Positions 26,210 through 38,225 are shown, counted from the first letter of the stretch. The stretch is 64,000 nucleotides of DNA from Eledone cirrhosa (GCA_964016885.1 OZ024740.1:73532001-73596000), one strand, 5' to 3'. Translations and numbers: made by a program. The notes: generated by a model not told the origin, from the letters alone.

Positions 26210-27628
26210 CAGTGGTGTGGTGTAGTGTAGTGTGGTGTAGTCTAGTGTAGTCTAGTGTAGGGTAGTGGAGTGTGGTTTAGTGTAGTGGACAGTGGTGTGG
26301 TGGAGTGGAGTGTGGTTCAATGTAGGGTGGGGGATATGGTGTAGTGGAGTGTGGTTGGATGTAGTGAGGTGGCGTGTGGTGTCATGTGGTGTGATGGCAT
26401 GTGGTGTGGTGAGATGTGGTGTGGTGTAGTGAGGTGTGGTGAGATGTGGTGTAGTGTGGTGAGATGTGGTGTGATGGGATGTGATGTGGTGTGGTGTGAT
26501 GTGGTGTGGTGTGATGTGGTGTGATGTGGTGTGATGTGGTGTGATGTGGTGCGGTGAGTTGTGATGTGGCGTGATGTGATCTGGTGTGGTGTGATGTGAT
26601 GCGGTGTGATGTGGTGTAATGTGATGTGATGTGATGTGGTGTGGTTAGATGTGGTGTGGTGTGATGTGAAGTGGTGTGGTGAGATGTGGTGTGATGGGAT
26701 GTGATGTGGTGTGGTGTGATGTGGTGTGGTGTGATGTGGTGTGATGTGGTGCGGTGAGTTGTGATGTGGTGTGATGTGATCTGGTGTGGTGTGATGTGAT
26801 GCGGTGTGATGTGGTGTAATATGATGTGATGTGATGTGGTGTGGTTAGATGTGGTGTGGTGTGATGTGAAGTGGTGTGGTGAGATGTGGTGTGGTGAGAT
26901 GTGGTGTGGTGAGATGTGGTGTGGTGAGATGTGGTGTGGTGAGATGTGGTGTGGTGTGGTGAGATGTGGTGTGGTAAGATGTGGTGTGGTAAGATGTGGT
27001 GTGATGTGATATGATGTGATGTGGTGTGGTGAGATGTGGTGTGATGTGGAGTGGTGTGGTGCGCTGAGATGTGGTGTGGTGTGGTGTGATGTGATGTGGT
27101 GTGATGTGGTGTGATGTGATGTGGTGTGGTGAGATGTGGTGTGATGTGATATGGTGTGATGTGGTGTGGTGATATGTGGTGTGGTGTGATGAGATGTGGT
27201 GTGGTGTGATGTGATGTGGTGTGATGTGATGTGGTGAGATGCAGTTTGATGTGATGTGGTGTGATGTGTTGTGGTGTGGTGTGGTGTGGTGAGATGTGAT
27301 GTGGTGAGATGTGATGTGGTGTGGTGAGATGTGGTGTGGTGTGGTGTGGTGAGATGCGGTGTGATGTGATGTGGTTTGATGGGGCTGCGGTGTGGTGTGG
27401 TGTGGTGTGGTGAGATGTGGTGTGGTGTGATGTGATGTGATGTGATGTGATGTGATGTGGTGTGGTGTGGTGTGATGCGGTGTGGTGAGATGTGATGTGA
27501 TGTGGTGTGGTGTGGTGTGGTGTGGTGTGGTGCGATGTGGTGTGATGTGATGTGATGTGGTGTGGTGAGATGTGGTGTGATGTGGCATGATGTCATGTGG
27601 TGTGATGGCGTGTGGAGTGATGTGATGT
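26210..27628. repeat. Pentamer array (GTGGT / GTGAT / GAGAT)
   Basis: 5-bp periodicity; the His/Thr ORFs are by-products. Confidence 0.95.
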
Positions 27629-27629
27629 G

Positions 27630-28560
27630 AAATTTTTCATCCAATTTTTCATGTGCTATCAACTAATCCAACCTCCAAGATGCTTGAAACTGACTTTTTC
27701 CCCCCAGGAAAACGGCGGGGTGAGGTGGTTTCCCCTTCACCCGGATAACCCCTGCTTACTCGGAATTTTCTCTTTGATTCTATTTTTATGCGTTATCAGT
27801 GAATATGACTTCCAACCCAATCAAAAACAACTAGCTTTGGAGAAAGAGGAGAGGGAGGGGTGAAGAGTTTTGCAGATCTACACCCCACTCACATGTTGTG
27901 GGACTTAATCACTTTCGGTATATTTCCTGTGCTATTAACTAATCTGACCTCCTAGATGTTTCCAATCAACTTATTTCCCTGGGTTAGGTTTAGGGTTTAG
28001 TTTTAGGGTTGGGGTAAAGTTTAGGGTTTAGTTTTAGGGTTGGGGTAATGTTTAGGGTTTAGTTTTAGGGTTGGAGTAATGTTTAGGGTTTAGTTTTATG
28101 GTTGGGGTAATGTTTAGGTTTTAGTTTAAGGTTTGGGGTTAAGTTTATATTTATAATTAGCTTGGTTTGGTTTAGATTTAGAATTTAGGGTTGGGACTAG
28201 ATTTAATTTTAAGTTTCATTTAGTTTTAGTTTCCAAATACCAGGGAAAAAAATTGATTCAGAGCAACTAAAATGTCAGATTAGTTGATAGCACACAAAAG
28301 GAAACCGAAGAAAAATCATTAGTGTATATATCTACAAAACGACAATGGTTTTTCCACCCGCTTTTCTAGAACAACTAATCTTTTCCAACTGGTTTGGAGG
28401 TCATATTCGTTGATAACATACGAAAAATCTTAGAGAAAACTCTGGGGTTAAACGAGAGAAGTGCATCCACCTAAGTTTTCCATGAAGAGAGAGTCAATAA
28501 CAAACATCTTGGAGTTCGGATTAGTTCATAACACATGAAAAAAAGATGAGGAAACATTTT
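27630..28560. mobile_element. Nested foldback element with TTAGGG-containing core
   Basis: Outer arms catgtgctatcaactaatccaacctccaagatg (~27650) and catcttggagttcggattagttcataacacatg (~28505); inner arms ~27925-27983 and ~28240-28310; ~31-bp TTAGGG-bearing repeats at 27981-28140. Confidence 0.65.
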
Positions 28561-29412
28561 TGGGTGTTATGTGGAGTAGTGAGGAGTGGTGTGTTGTGTT
28601 GTGGTGCTATGTGGTGTGGAGTAGTGTGGTGTGTTTTTATGTGGAGTAGTGTGGTGTGTTCTTATGTGGTGTGATGTAGTGACGTGTGGTGTGTTGTGTT
28701 GTTATGTGGTTTGGGGTAGTGTGGTGTGTTTTTATGTGGAGTAGTGTGGTGTGGTATGTTGTGTTGTGTTGTGGTGTTATGTGGTGTGGAGTAGTGTGGT
28801 GTGGAGTAGTGAGGAGTGGTGTGTTGTGTTGTGGTATTATGTGGTGTGGTGTAGTGTGGTGTGTTTTTATGTGGTGTGGTGTAGTGAGGAGTAGTGTGTT
28901 GTGTTGTGGTGCTATGTGGTGTGTTTTTATGTGGAGTAGTGTGGTGTGTTTTTATGTGGTGTGATGTAGTGAGGAGTGTTGTGTTGTGTTGTGGTGTTAT
29001 GTGGTGTGGAGTAGTGTGGTGTGTTTTTATGTGGTGTGGTGTAGTGAGGAGTGGTGTGTTGTGTTGTGGTGTTATGTGGTGTGGAGTAGTGTGGTGTGTT
29101 TTTATGTGGTGTGATGTAGTGAAGAGTGGTGTGTTGTGTTGTGGTGTGGTGTTATGTGGTGCGTTTTTATGTGTTGTGGTGTAGTGAGGAGTGGTATGTT
29201 GTGTTGTGGTGTTATGTGGTGTGGAGTAGTGTGGTGTAGTGTTGTGTGTTTTTATGTGGTGTGATGTGGTGTGATGTGGTGTGGTGCAGTGCGGTGTTGT
29301 ACAGTTCGGTACGGTGTGGTGCGATGCAGTGCAGTGTGGTGTGGTGCGGTGCAGTGAGGTGCGGTGCAGTGTGGTGTTGTGCAGTGCGGTGTGGTACAGT
29401 GCGGTGCGGTGA
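28561..29412. repeat. Pentamer array with ~75-bp higher-order unit
   Basis: gtagtgagga or a close variant at 28806, 28881, 28966, 29041, 29116 and 29181. Confidence 0.9.
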
Positions 29413-29476
29413 GGTTCTCCATCTTTATCTTTATCTTCTTCATCTTTGTATTCATCTTCTTTGTTTTGTCTTCCAT
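29413..29476 (-). other. Candidate acidic exon fragment (x)GRQNKEDEYKDEEDKDKDGEP, paralogous to the 25.4 and 25.7 kb modules
   Basis: Same TTTAG|ATGG acceptor and the shared tctcagacttt...ggagata intron motif. Confidence 0.4.
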
Positions 29477-29692
29477 CTAAACACAAAAAAAAAAGAAATA
29501 TAAAACATATATGTAACCAATCTCTCAGACTTTTACAAAGCTCCAAGGAGATACATTTAATATAAGTGGTGTGTCCATGATACTACAAAATAGCTTAAAA
29601 GCTATATATATATATATATATATACATATGTCCCAAGGCTCTGATACCATCAACACTATAAACACAGAGCTGGCATATCTAAGAACTGACTA

Positions 29693-29748
29693 ACTGCCTG
29701 ATGAGGTCATAGCCATTCAATGGCTATCATCGAAATATATATAGCAGT
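29693..29748 (+). ncRNA. Minimal type I hammerhead ribozyme (Penelope-type)
   Basis: actgc-CTGATGA-stem II (atagccat/atggctat)-GAAA-tatata-TA-gcagt, then AATAAA. Confidence 0.8.
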
Positions 29749-29858
29749 AAATAAAGGATTACGAGTTCATGCAATTGACTTGTGTTTCGTCACTACATAT
29801 ATATATATATTATAAAGTAACAGGAGGCTGCACTGGTGTAATTCCTTAAATGTTTATT

Positions 29859-29916
29859 ATACTATGAACACTTCAATGACCGGGTTCAGTATGAATCCAG
29901 TGACATCATCAGGTAT
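29859..29916 (-). ncRNA. Degenerate type I hammerhead ribozyme
   Basis: atac-CTGATGA-t-gtcactggattca/tgaacccggtcat-t-GAAG-tgttca-TA-gtat, then aataaa. GAAG replaces GAAA. Confidence 0.6.
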
Positions 29917-30498
29917 TCCGAAATTTAACAAAGGAATATAATAGACACAATCCAAAGGGCTGAAAAGCAGAGAGATGCCCAAGATGAGAAGGTGGCCAAA
30001 AAATTAGCAGTTGTAGTCTGGGTGGCCGCCAAACGAAATGACCAGTTCTATCCAGTGGTGAACCAACAAACCTAAATGAAACGTTCTGTTAAATGTTTTT
30101 CCATTCTTTAAAAAATTCTTTATATCTATTCGCTGGACATTCAATATCTACTGTGATTGTCGCATATAATACGGTTGCGGGTATGTATGTGATCGCTGTA
30201 GGTGTATAAGTGCCCGTATGTATCACGCCTGCGCGAAGCATAAACATGGGTGAGGGCGGCAAATACAGGTTGAGAGGGGGGAAACAGGGCACGAGCGGTT
30301 CAATCATACAAACGCTTACCTCCTACAGTAGTAATTCCGATTTAAGAAACAACTTTGATTGACAGGTGGCAAATGAAAGGAACCAAATATAGGACGGCCA
30401 TGAGTGGCCAAAAATACCGATGACGTGTACAATTCTTGACCACTCATAGAATGACAACAACAGGATCTAAGCTGTTTCATTCGTGAGAAATCATCAGG

Positions 30499-30549
30499 AG
30501 CTTCCTGATGATTTCTCACAAATGAAACAGTTCTAGTCCTGTAGAAGCT
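30499..30549 (+). ncRNA. Type I hammerhead ribozyme preceded by an inverted partial copy
   Basis: agcttc-CTGATGA-tttctcacaaat-GAAA-cag..ctg-TA-gaagct; antisense core copy at 30472-30499. Confidence 0.8.
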
Positions 30550-30584
30550 TTATCATATTAAATATATATATATATAAATATATA

Positions 30585-30777
30585 ACAAAGAAGGTGTGGT
30601 AAGATACCAGGTGGACCATAACACACCAGAGTACTCGATACTTAGGGTAGTAGAGTGGGTAATAGGGAAAAGAGTCAGGAACCCAACAGCTGAGCTCTTG
30701 CTGTTTTGACAGCTAGATCAGTTCGGACCTAGCTGTCGAAATGGCTGGAGCTCAGCCGTCAGGTTCCTGACTCTTTT

Positions 30778-30783
<6 letters not shown>
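30585..30783 (-). mobile_element. Penelope-like pLTR fragment ending in a palindrome of hammerhead 3' halves
   Basis: Palindrome 30662-30783 contains GAAA-tggctg..cagccg-TC; same family in opposite orientation at 58763-58970. Confidence 0.6.
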
Positions 30784-30827
<44 letters not shown>

Positions 30828-30849
30828 GGGGGGGGGGGGGGGGGGGGAA

Positions 30850-31400
30850 CAGTGGGAATTCCTGAAAGTTAACCTGTTGAAGGCTGCTGATGAAATCTGT
30901 GGCTGGAGCAGACAGTGAGGTAGGAGGAGAGTGAGATGGTGGTGGAACAGTAAGGTGGAGAAGTCCATCAAGGGCAAAAAGGAGACTTGGAAAGAATGGC
31001 AGGATGGGGGTAGTAGAGAACTCCCAGATAGTAAACCAAGTAATACAGAATGGGATCATACCAAGTGACTAGTGTAGCATCATCATCGTCAAATGTTACA
31101 AGGGCAAAGGAGACACCCTGGATAGAGGAAACTATAGGGGCATTAAGTTAGTTGACCAGGTCATAAAAGTCACAGAAAGAGTTCTTACTCAACTGATTAG
31201 AGACTGAATTGATCTAGATGAAATGCAGTTTGGGTTTGTGCCAGGTAAAAGCACTATGGATGTTCTTTTCTTTGTACGGATACTACAGAAGTACTTTGCT
31301 AAAAGTAAACCCCTTTTGTTGACTTGGAAAAAGCCTTTGACAGAGTTCCACGCACCTTAATCTGGTAGGCTCTTAGAAAACTAGGAATAGATGAATAGCT
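30850..31400 (+). pseudogene. RTE-clade LINE fragment (pre-RT and RT N-terminus)
   Basis: WWWNSKV, CYKGKGDTLDRGNYRGIKL, DEMQFGFVPGKSTMD and DLEKAFDRVP motifs with stops and deletions. Confidence 0.9.
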
Positions 31401-31414
31401 TGGTATAGAGGAAC

Positions 31415-31912
31415 ATGAAGGCCCACATCACCAGCAGCCCTAGGAGCAACACCTCACCAGGGTGCTCTTGCCGTAAGCCTGAAGCTTGCCCCCTTCAACA
31501 GCAATGCAACACACCAGTTGTAATTTATGAAGCTGTGGTCACTTCCAACCGACCAAACGAACCAGAGGAGGTCAAATCCTATGTGGGCATGGCGGAGAGC
31601 CGATTCAAGGAGCGTTTCCTGAACCACCAGTCTACCTTCAGATACCCGGACAGACGTTCATCCACGAAACTCGCGAGTCACGTATGGTCCCTCAAGGACT
31701 CAAGTATAGGCTACTTCATTCAATGGAAAGCCATCACTAAGTCCAAGTCATACGCAAGGGGAAATCCGACGTGTGGCTTATGTATTGACGAACGAATAAC
31801 TATCCTAAAGAGATTACGCAATAGTGATTGCCTAAACACGAGAAGTGAATTTTTCACACGTTGTCCACACGTCACCAAACATATATTGCATAACTACAAG
31901 GCTCCGGACTGA
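31415..31912 (+). CDS. Penelope-like element GIY-YIG endonuclease (5'-truncated ORF)
   Basis: CSC..CP...C, VIYEAVV, YVGMAE.RFKERFLNH, T.LASHVWSL, CGLCIDE, LNTRSE...CPH. Confidence 0.9.
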   Translation: MKAHITSSPRSNTSPGCSCRKPEACPLQQQCNTPVVIYEAVVTSNRPNEPEEVKSYVGMAESRFKERFLNHQSTFRYPDRRSSTKLASHVWSLKDSSIGYFIQWKAITKSKSYARGNPTCGLCIDERITILKRLRNSDCLNTRSEFFTRCPHVTKHILHNYKAPD

Positions 31913-32085
31913 TTCTTTGTAATTTTATTTTTATTTTATTTTCAACCTAAAAACTTTCCGGGCTTTCGCAGTTATCTCCCTTACACCTCTCGCACGCAGT
32001 CTAGTATTGCCTGTGTGAAGTGACCGAGTTTCTGCGCATGCGCGTTCGTACGGTTGTCCTTCCTGTTCCTATAACAATACACATC

Positions 32086-32125
32086 TCAAGCTGAAGATCC
32101 GCTAAGGTGAAACAATTGTTCTCGG
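32086..32125 (+). ncRNA. Minimal hammerhead in the pLTR of the 31.4-kb Penelope element
   Basis: tcaag-CTGAAGA-t-cc..gg-t-GAAA-caattg-TT-ctcgg, ~175 bp after the endonuclease stop; palindromic stem III. Confidence 0.7.
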
Positions 32126-32153
32126 TATGGTGAACTAACTGTTGTGTAACCAC

Positions 32154-32156
<3 letters not shown>

Positions 32157-32222
<66 letters not shown>

Positions 32223-32248
32223 TACATACACACACACACACACACACG

Positions 32249-32320
<72 letters not shown>
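32157..32320. repeat. (TA)n/(CA)n microsatellite
   Basis: Direct reading. Confidence 0.95.
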
Positions 32321-32324
<4 letters not shown>

Positions 32325-32837
32325 ACTTGACGATGAGCATTCTAGTTGTTCAATAAACTGATTGAATAATACAAACGATGTTTTAATATCCAGATTCATT
32401 ATTTGTGTATATACATAAAATATATACAAAGCATATAAATAAATTTACAGTAGAATAACATACCAAATATGTTTTAAATATATACATAAATAATATTACA
32501 AATGCTTAAATAACATTATAAATTGCTCGCGATTCTTTCAGAAGGATATATTCCTTTAATGTTGCAATATTAAAGAAAATATAAGTATATATATATACTT
32601 ATATTTATTCAACTAAGGAAAGTTGGTTGATTGAAAATCTGCCGACATTTTCATAAGAGATTACAAACACTCAACAGTTTATGTTTATCCAGAGTTTTAT
32701 TATAATAATAAACAAGAAAGACGGTATCATTTGCCCATCCCTATTATACTTCGAAATAAGTATAATAAAATAAATAGGGATGAACAAGTGATACCGTCTT
32801 TCTTCTTTATTATTATATACACACACACCACACACAT

Positions 32838-32915
<78 letters not shown>

Positions 32916-33555
32916 CAGTGAATCTTCGCTTATCCGTACGGTCAAAACCAAACAGTTAGAAAAAGATCCGGTTAAGTGAAATATCCGGATAAGTGAATTC
33001 TAAAATCCCATAATGCTCGTGGTTTCTAATGTTTTGGCTTCTTTTAGTCAAAATAAAAGACAAATGCTAAGTAAAGAAAGTTTATTAGAATAACAAAAGA
33101 ACAGCTAGAATTTATAAGAAAATTAATTAAACAAATATAAGAATAACTAAAAACTTGGTGAAACTGAATTGATTCAAACCATAAAAAGTTAGTACTTTTA
33201 TAAAAATGAATAAATGTTTTCGCGCCGAAGCTCGTCGTTCCGCTACCATTTCCACGCAACAGCTGAACGGTCAACCACCTGCCTCATGTTTATCGCACGT
33301 AAAAATGGAATCATTCCCGTGTCCCCTTTTCCAATCAAATCCCGCAGCAATTGCTTTCTGTAAATCCGATTTAGTGTCTCCAAAACTCCCTGGTCCATTG
33401 GCTGAATAAGTGACGTAACGTTCGCCGGAAGAAATGCTGCCCGAATCTGTCCGTCTGCCGAAATCAAGTCCTCCTCATCCGGAGGTAGTATAGAAATAGC
33501 CGTCCGGTAAATCGAATTTCGGAAAAGCGATATCCGGATAAGCGAAGATGCACTG
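32916..33555 (-). mobile_element. TcMar-Tigger internal-deletion derivative
   Basis: TIRs CAGTGAATCTTCGCTTATCCG / CGGATAAGCGAAGATGCACTG with TA TSD; DDE fragment FLPANVTSLIQPMDQGV at 33243-33467. Confidence 0.9.
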
Positions 33556-33620
33556 TATATATATTACAGAGCCGAGATACAAAATATAAAACAATCAAAT
33601 CTTAGTTTAATACATTTAAT

Positions 33621-33667
33621 TGTTGATAATTGTTTCTTCCAGACCGTTGTCTGGAATCATCGGAGCA
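33621..33667 (-). ncRNA. Degenerate minimal hammerhead ribozyme
   Basis: tgct-CCGATGA-ttccagac/gtctggaa-GAAA-caatta-TC-aaca, then attaaa; U4 replaced by C. Confidence 0.55.
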
Positions 33668-33862
33668 TATATACACATACATATATATACACATATATAT
33701 ATACATACATATATATATATACACAGATATATACATACACATATATATACATACATAATACATACATATATATACATACACACATATATATATATATACA
33801 TACATTTATATATATACATATATATATATATATACATACACACATATATATATGTATGTATG
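33668..33862. repeat. (TA)/(CA)/(TACA) compound microsatellite
   Basis: Direct reading. Confidence 0.9.
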
Positions 33863-34219
33863 AAATTTAATTATCCGTGTAATGCGACTCCTGTAACATA
33901 CATAACTCATCACTCGGACTGAACGTTTTTAATGTCAACACTTTTTAATAATTATTTGATATTATTTACCATTTTCTTATCTTTGGCTTTTACTGTTTCT
34001 TCTTTTGTCTTGCGTTTGTTGAGACTTGCAATATTCAGGAGAAACATGGCGCTGAACTTTCAATTTTGAAAGAATAATGTGATTTGTCACGTGATTCTGC
34101 TCACGTGATATTACCTCTAGATATGTGAATGCGTATATACGTATTTTTTCCTTGTAAGTTCGGAAAAATGATAAACTGGAATAATTCTAAAATCGGGAAA
34201 ATTTTTTATATCACTCAAA

Positions 34220-34720
34220 TGATGCTATTGCATTGAACATCCTTTTCATACTTCCAGTATCGATGGAAAATGGTGAGAGTAGTTTCTCAAAGCTGAAGCT
34301 TATAACATTTTACATTCACTCTACAATGTTGCAAGAGAGTTTTGTTGACTTGGCAACTATATCAATTGAACATGCCCAAGCTTGATCACTTGGTTTAGCT
34401 GAATTGGTTAAAAACTTTGTCAAGAAAAAGGCACACAAAATGACATTTTGAATTGTCTTTCTGTCTGCATTAATCCCTCGGCCAAATTTGGTTTCAGGTC
34501 CATTATGCTGTTAATTCATCACTAATGTCTAACTTTATAATTGTTTATTCTTTTCTTAAATTTGAACACAGAGGGATAATTTTCTTTTAAAATTACCCTT
34601 GGTCTTTGCTCAAATATTGAATAAAATTTTTTTAAAGTTTGTTTATAAATTTGGAAATTGATATTTTCCTTGGGGGAGGGGTCACAATCTAATCTTGCCT
34701 AGGGTGCCAGCACTAGCGCT
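34220..34720 (+). pseudogene. hAT (Tip100-like) transposase C-terminal dimerisation fragment and 3' end
   Basis: LPVSMENGESSFSKLKLI...STMLQE...LATISIEH, followed by ttgcctagggtgcc subterminal motif. Confidence 0.7.
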
Positions 34721-35193
34721 GCATACGTAATACCTAAAACGTTAATGCCGACCCTTGTGGTCAGTCCGATGTACCGACATTTGTAATTACAATTTATATG
34801 AAAGCATCATACCATATATTGGAAAAGTTGAGCTACATATTGCGGTCAGATTACATACAAATATTTCGACATAGGTGTTTGAGCACAATTATTTATATGA
34901 ACGATACATAGATTTTAATATATAAACGTTACATAGATGTTAACATATAAATACTGCGTTGTTATATTACATTCGTAAAGAAATATATTAAGTAACGTTA
35001 CAAAACGATTCCCCTAACACAAACAAAAAGAAAATGCTAACTATGAACGTTTAAAATACACTTGTAGAATTAAAAACTACCTGAAAGGAAATATTACCAA
35101 GCTGTGAACAACTTTAAATTTAATTCTGACAAAATTTTGTCGACATTTCTTAAGAAGATCATCGTCAATTTTGAAAAATAAATTCAAATATTA

Positions 35194-37175
35194 GTGAACG
35201 ACGAACTCATCATGGCTAAACGTATAAGTTTCCTCAGACCAAATCGCAACTACAACCATTGTATACAATGGAACTACGATCTCAACAAAGATGTACATAA
35301 AGCATATAAACAATGTGACTCTCCAAAGTTCGGTTTTATGCAGAGGCTAAAAACTTTGTGGAACTCCAAACACCCAGAATTAGCCTTTCCCCCAACACAT
35401 TTAAATGATCAGGCAAAACGTATCATTAGATGTAAATTGATACATCTAATGGAACTGAGTGACACTATAAAGACAGCCATTGAAGACAATCATCCAACTT
35501 CCACTGATGGACAGAGAGAATGGTCAGCTAAATCTATCAGTAAACAGCACATCAACAATGTAACTGAAATCCATAATTCTATTGTACAAAAAGTACACCA
35601 AAAACTTGTGGGCACCTTACAAGTGATATGGGATGATATGTCTAAAGAGATACACAGCCTTAATGTGAATAACGGACCATACAACACCGGAATCAGTAAC
35701 CCCCTCCCACACAAACACACAAATTTGGAATTGGAAGCAGTGAATGAAATAGCTGACAATAATCTGAAGGCCACACGGTCCAAAGGTGTGTAAACAACAT
35801 GTGATTTAAAAAATAAAATAAAGATTTAAAAAATAAAATGTTGCCCTTAGACTAAATATCTCACAAATCACTGTAGTTATAAAATGCAACATAGAGAACA
35901 ACTTCACATGACATCAGGATGACTTAAGAAAAAAACTAGAGATGTGATTTGGTGATACAAGATTTAAAACTCTAAACTTCAAACTAAACCAGCTGAAGCA
36001 ACAACTCACAGCTGCAGCAGAAAGACTAAACTATAAGTCAACAGCACATAAACGACAAGTGCTAAATAGATTATTTGCCAGTTTATCGCAGCTTCAATGG
36101 GAAAAGCTCAATCTCTGTAAATGACAAAAGAACAGGTTGAGAGAGCTACTGGAGATCTTTCTTAGAAACAATTGACGCATTTAACAAACAAACTAAATGG
36201 CTAAAAGAACTGGAACAGGAATATTGCCAGCATGTCCAGACAAAACAATATGACATAGATGGGTCAATACTGGAAACAGCTCTACAGAAAATGTTGAATA
36301 GGAAATCACCAGGCCCAGACCGATAAAAGGATACTGGCTGAAGAATTTTACCTTCTAATCGGCAAGATCTCAGACAGCTGTTTAGAAAAAGCATCAAGGC
36401 ACACAAGAACTGCCACTACTCTCCTCATCCCCCAAAATAGCCAAACCACCCAATAGCCTGCCAGAACATCATGTACAAATTATACACTGGGTGCCTTAAT
36501 CTGTTCTTTCCACCAACATCATTATAACACCTGAGCAAGCTGATGGAAAGAAGGAAGTGTGGGGCTGCATAGATCACCTACTAACAAATAAAATGATACA
36601 GGAAATAACAGCAAAGAATCGCAGGAACATGACTGTGGTATGACTGGACTATCAGAAGGCCTTTGATAGTGTACCTCATGGCTGGATTATTAAGGCCTTA
36701 CAGTTAACCAAAGTTCCACAACCACTAGTAGCTGCTGTTGAATGCCTGACCAAGAACTGGTACACCAATTACCTCCTCAGGGGTGAGAAGGAGCAAATTG
36801 AGACTGATACAATACACTACCAGAAAGGCATCTTTCATGGTGATAGCTTATCAGTGCTGTTCTTCATCCTCACCTTAAACCCACTATCATACCTGCTCAC
36901 AAAACAAAGTGGTCATAGAAGTAGGCCCAGAAGTATCTCCTATCTTTTCTTTGTTGATGACCTGAAGTTGTATGGGCCAAGTACCAACTATATTAAAAAA
37001 TATTTGGACCTCATTACACAATTTTCTGCAGACATCGGGATGAAATTTGGTGAGTCCAAATGTGCATGTATGACAGTAAAACATGGAAGGATTGCTCCCC
37101 ACTCTGGAAATCTAGAGATGAACAGCTTGACAATACAACCTCTACAGTTAGGTGACAATTACAGATATCTTGGAC
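35194..37175 (+). pseudogene. R4/Dong-clade non-LTR retrotransposon, decayed
   Basis: N-terminal GFMQRLKTLW..KHPE..LNDQAKRI; RT motifs IACQNIMYKLYTG, LDYQKAFDSVPHGWI, GIFHGDSLSVLFF, LFFVDDLKLY, DIGMKFGESKC, YRYLG; many stops and frameshifts. Confidence 0.85.
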
Positions 37176-37228
37176 ACATGGTGAGCTGTATCCTTGAGCA
37201 CCTAACCGAGTACTTGCATGACTCCACG

Positions 37229-37545
37229 CATACATACATACATGATGGCTGTAAACTTTGCTAAGAGTATGCAATCACTTGTCAGATTCAGATATGTGAT
37301 GCTCGGATATGGATTTTCAAGCCTGCTAGATACTTGTACACCTTTGCACATTGACGACAACTATGGATCTCCCTGGCCTCAGGTTTTGCATCAGGTTGCC
37401 TGTGAACCTTCACAATACCATGGAGATCATAGTTCACTGGTTCTCTTTGAACATGGCTGCGACTGTGGCCCCTGAGACCAGATTTGCTCAAGCAAATCTT
37501 TCCACACTCAGGGCACACCAATTCAATGGAGACACCCCTCGAAAT
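37229..37545 (-). pseudogene. Two C2H2 zinc fingers, probably the 3' end of a LINE ORF with an (ATGT)n tail
   Basis: CPECGKICLSKSGLRGHSRSH and CRQCAKVYKYLAGLKIHIRASH; stop at 37288 and a short (ATGT)n ~45 bp later. Confidence 0.55.
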
Positions 37546-37659
37546 ATTTTATAATGGTTTCAGCAATAATACATGGCCCCTTATTTTTGGTTACTATTTG
37601 AACAACTAAGTAACTTATTTCTTGAACTTTATCTGATGTTTTCAATTCTTGGGAAATAC

Positions 37660-38225
37660 TGCAGATTGCCTCTAAATAGATTTCAAAATCACCTTGAATT
37701 GTTTGAATGGCTTTTCTAACAAATGATAATGTTTGTAAGCAAAATGACCCTTTAATTTATTCAGCACCATAATTTCTTTTTCAAGTATATTTCCACAGAC
37801 CAAACATTGGGGACAAAGATTTCTTTCATCAGAAAATGCAAAACACAGTTTCATATAACTGTCATTGTATAAAGGAGGTTTAGAAAAATGTTCATGCATT
37901 TCTTACCTATTAATATAAAACCTTTAACATTGGATTCTAAAGTAATTTCATTTTAGCACAACATTCTGTTGATTTTTCACAATTATCTTCAACAGAATTT
38001 CTTTCCTTAAAAAAACCCATCCATTTTACTAAACATGAAGTTATTAACTAAAGTAAATTATCATACCACATGTAACCAATCACATATCTAATCATAAACA
38101 ACCTTGTCAGTTTTCAAATATTCTTCACAACTAAAGATTAATTAGATTTGAGTTGATTTTGGGACACATCTATAGATTATTGGTGATATACTAAAGTATT
38201 GTGACACAGAGTTTGGAAACCTCTA
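37660..38225 (-). pseudogene. hAT Charlie/Buster transposon 5' end with BED-finger fragment
   Basis: YNDSYMKLCF..PQCLVCGNILE.E.M..NKLKGHF..KH..L.EKP; TIR-like TAGAGGTTTCCAAACT at 38225. Confidence 0.75.

Noticed and set aside
26382-29546. His/Thr-rich ORFs (426, 247 and 294 aa)
   Set aside because: Translations of pentamer microsatellites; a 5-bp period does not fit codon structure.
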